64,000 bases of DNA, taken from the NCBI RefSeq assembly GCF_009914755.1, contig NC_060928.1; one strand, written 5' to 3'. The position numbers and the translations under genes are program-made. Positions 54,361 to 64,000 of the stretch are shown here, piece after piece (position 1 is the stretch's first letter; every line of letters begins with the position of its first letter). This stretch comes from the human T2T-CHM13v2.0 reference genome, Homo sapiens. The notes beneath the pieces were generated by a model that saw only the letters and a list, made by a program, of their open reading frames with translations, was not told where the DNA came from and did no database searches.

Positions 54361-57064
54361 GGTGTCAAGAAAATGACAGAAAATATTATTAAAGATTTTT
54401 AAGCAATTTTTAATTATATTGAATACCAACCCTCATAGGATGACAGTTATGCATCAAGGAAAATACAATAAACATACAACTTGTAAATGCAAGCCAGAAA
54501 ACAATATGATACTAATCTTAAATCTAATGGAATATCATATGATTATGTTTATTAGTTGGGTGGTTAAGATAGGAAATGTATGAAAAAGAAAAAAAAAACA
54601 TAGGAACTCTGCCTGTGTCAAAGGGTTTTAAGCCTACCCAGCACTATTTATTTTATATATTGAGGCAAAAAATTACTAACTGTATTGGAGCTGAGAATTT
54701 CTGAGGTTTGGAGGTATATCAGCTTTCTTCAAATTCAGGGAGTATATGATTCAAGGGAGTATATGATGATTTTTCATGAGACTCGCAGGTCAGTATATTT
54801 TTTGCAGGTATTCATTTCCTAATCCTGTTATTGCATTTACTCTTTTCTAAACTGACCTGCCAAAAGGTTGCAAAATTAGTTTTACTTTCCCATCTCCCCT
54901 GCACAATCCTTCTTTTGCCTTTACAAAAGAAAGGCAAGTCTCTTATTCATCTCAAAGTGTTAATATGTAGCATTGTGCTAGCATGTAAAAAAAAATCTTC
55001 AAGGCATCAAATACAAAAGTGATTAAATAAATTGATGTTACTAGTAAGAAAGCAGCAGAGAAACATATCCCATTACAATTCAAGAGACTCCAATTTATAG
55101 ATTTCCACAAAATTAATTAAAACTTAGGCTTACAAATGGTAGATGATGAAATCAATTTTATGATATTTTACTATGCTATTTTGACTATAAAGCTGTTATA
55201 AAAATAATTCAGTGATATCACTGTACAAAAAATTTGACCAGTACTACCTATCTTTACATGTGAAAACTAGTTCTTAAAACTTTCATTAATAAAAACAAAA
55301 GTTAGGAATAAAAATTCATGGAAAACCTGGATCATTCTACCAAAACTAATATTTATTCATGAACTATATGTAACCTATTTGGAGAAAAAGGGAGGTGAAA
55401 TGCATTTCACCACAATGTTAATGCTTCATGTTTAAAAATTATTTGGCAGGTTTCTACTTCTGGCTGTAGTGGAGTATGTGGTTTCAACCAGTGTTCTCTC
55501 ATTGAACAACTAGACAAGCCAGACAAAATATTTTAATGTATTTTCTTGAAGATTGTTTGAAGGCTTTAGCGAGCAACTGAGGCTGTGAAGAATTGTCAGA
55601 CCAAGGTCCAGGAAAGAAGAAAAGTCTCAAAAGGTGAGCTTACCTTTTAGGGTGACTGTTCAACTAGAGGCATTTATCTGTTCCCATATTGAAAGAAAAG
55701 CTGTGTGAGAAATGCCAAGAAGCTAAGTTGAGCTTCTAATAGACGTGTTGGTTTGAGGGGACAAAATTTAGATTCCAGAGCCTGGCAAGGAAAATATTCA
55801 TTATTAATAGCTTTCTCTTGAATCTCATATCCTCTTGAACTCTCAGTTCTCTTTATAATTTCATAATACAGTGCTGTCAACATAAAAAGCACAGCAAGAT
55901 AGGGCAAGCCAGGGCACCGTATGCTGAGGGGCAATGGGCAAGGTAAATACATGGGTAACCTAAATTAATATGTATTTGATAAAAAATAGTATAAAGACAA
56001 TTAAAGTAACAAGATTTGAAATATATACCCACAATAATATAAACACTTGCCAATATTGACTGTATACTGTGTCACAGAGGAGATCTCAACAATGTCAAAG
56101 TTACAAATCATAGTAAAAGTGTTCTTCGTACTATTTTTAAAAAGGAAACTGTATGCTAATTTTAAATACTTGTATTAAATCATAATTTTGTTTAATATAT
56201 AAAATGAATATGAAATCTTGTCATTCTAGGCAGTAAATATAAATACTATAACCAGACCAATAAAAAAAGTAAATGGGTGCTTATCTTTCCTACTAATAAA
56301 TAAGTTATTTATTGTTCTTCTGTTAGATATGAAATAAAAGTTTCTCTGACAATCTTTTCCTTATACTTCACTTTGCTTATGAACAAACTTGTAATATGGT
56401 CTCAATGCTGAGAAAATTAATCAGATATTATAATCATATATCCAAGGACACTCCTGAAAATTATTCCTAAAACATTTATGGTGGCAATTATTGATTTGAA
56501 TCACCAATTTTCTAGATTTTTATCTTATTCTAAAACCAAACACATGCATAAAGAAAATAATGAACATGCAGAACTTATTCTCCACGATAATTAGGTATTT
56601 TATAAATATTTATAATGTGTAATACAAATTTGGGGAGGAATAATATCTAAATCCGATGAGTATTGGCTTGTCCAGATTAGAAGTTGCCCTTGTTTCCAGT
56701 TAAAAACTTAAGGGGAAACCAGATGAATGCCAAAAAGAAATTAAGTTAATCAAATTCCCAAGTAGGATTTATGAAATTTGAGATTTGGGTTTACAAAGAG
56801 TCTCAGGACACCTTATTATTAAAATCTTGATTTTTAAAATGTAATTAGACATATTCACATATTATAATAAAGAGGCAAAGCAAGAAACTTAGATGGGGAC
56901 CACTTGGTTGATATTAATTGATAAATAGTAACCGGTGTAATGGGTTAGATGTGCTTTTGGGAGAATAATACAAATAATTTAAATGTGATCTCTTTATAAA
57001 GTCTGCCTCTCTCACCTCTCTCGGAATGAGATATCATTCATGACCATATAGAAACACTTGCTCT

Positions 57065-63884
<6,820 letters not shown>

Positions 63885-64000
63885 GAAACACTTGTTTTGA
63901 CAAGTTATGCTAATTGGCCCTAGAACCGATTGAGAACTTTGATCAATATCCAAACACAAGTTATTAAAATTCTTTGGTGTTTTCATTCCTCTACTAATAG

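Noticed and set aside
54735-54768. 16-17 bp tandem duplication (ttca(a)gggagtatatga), and similar short ones at ~1862 and ~9045
   Set aside because: Ordinary slippage duplications with no further structure.

Overview
AT-rich, gene-poor primate (most likely human) genomic DNA, more than half of it transposable-element sequence. No conventional protein-coding gene, tRNA, rRNA or CRISPR array is supported. The main element is a 6.2-kb two-LTR HERV-H provirus (4715-10882) of the common pol/env-deleted type, inserted into an old L1 3' end. Its U5/leader keeps an open ESRG-like reading frame with ATGs found only in the 5' LTR. Also present: solo LTRs of MER41 and HERV-K(HML-2) LTR5A type, a truncated THE1 provirus, several MLT1 LTRs, a full-length Tigger1, MER5A/MER81/MADE1 MITEs, eight Alus, a full-length old L1PA with TSDs, two 5'-inverted (twin-primed) L1s and an L1MA reduced to fused 5' and 3' UTRs. 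Comparing the repeats with their consensus order reveals an apparent ~0.9-kb ancient inversion (about 29150-30032) and four clusters of templated micro-insertions. A cluster of strong splice signals near 39.6-40.3 kb may mark lncRNA exons. Family names come from recalled consensus sequences, not from a search, so subfamily calls are provisional. I found no firm evidence of a wholly new biological system; the best leads are the HERV-H ORF, the candidate exons and the rearrangement scars.
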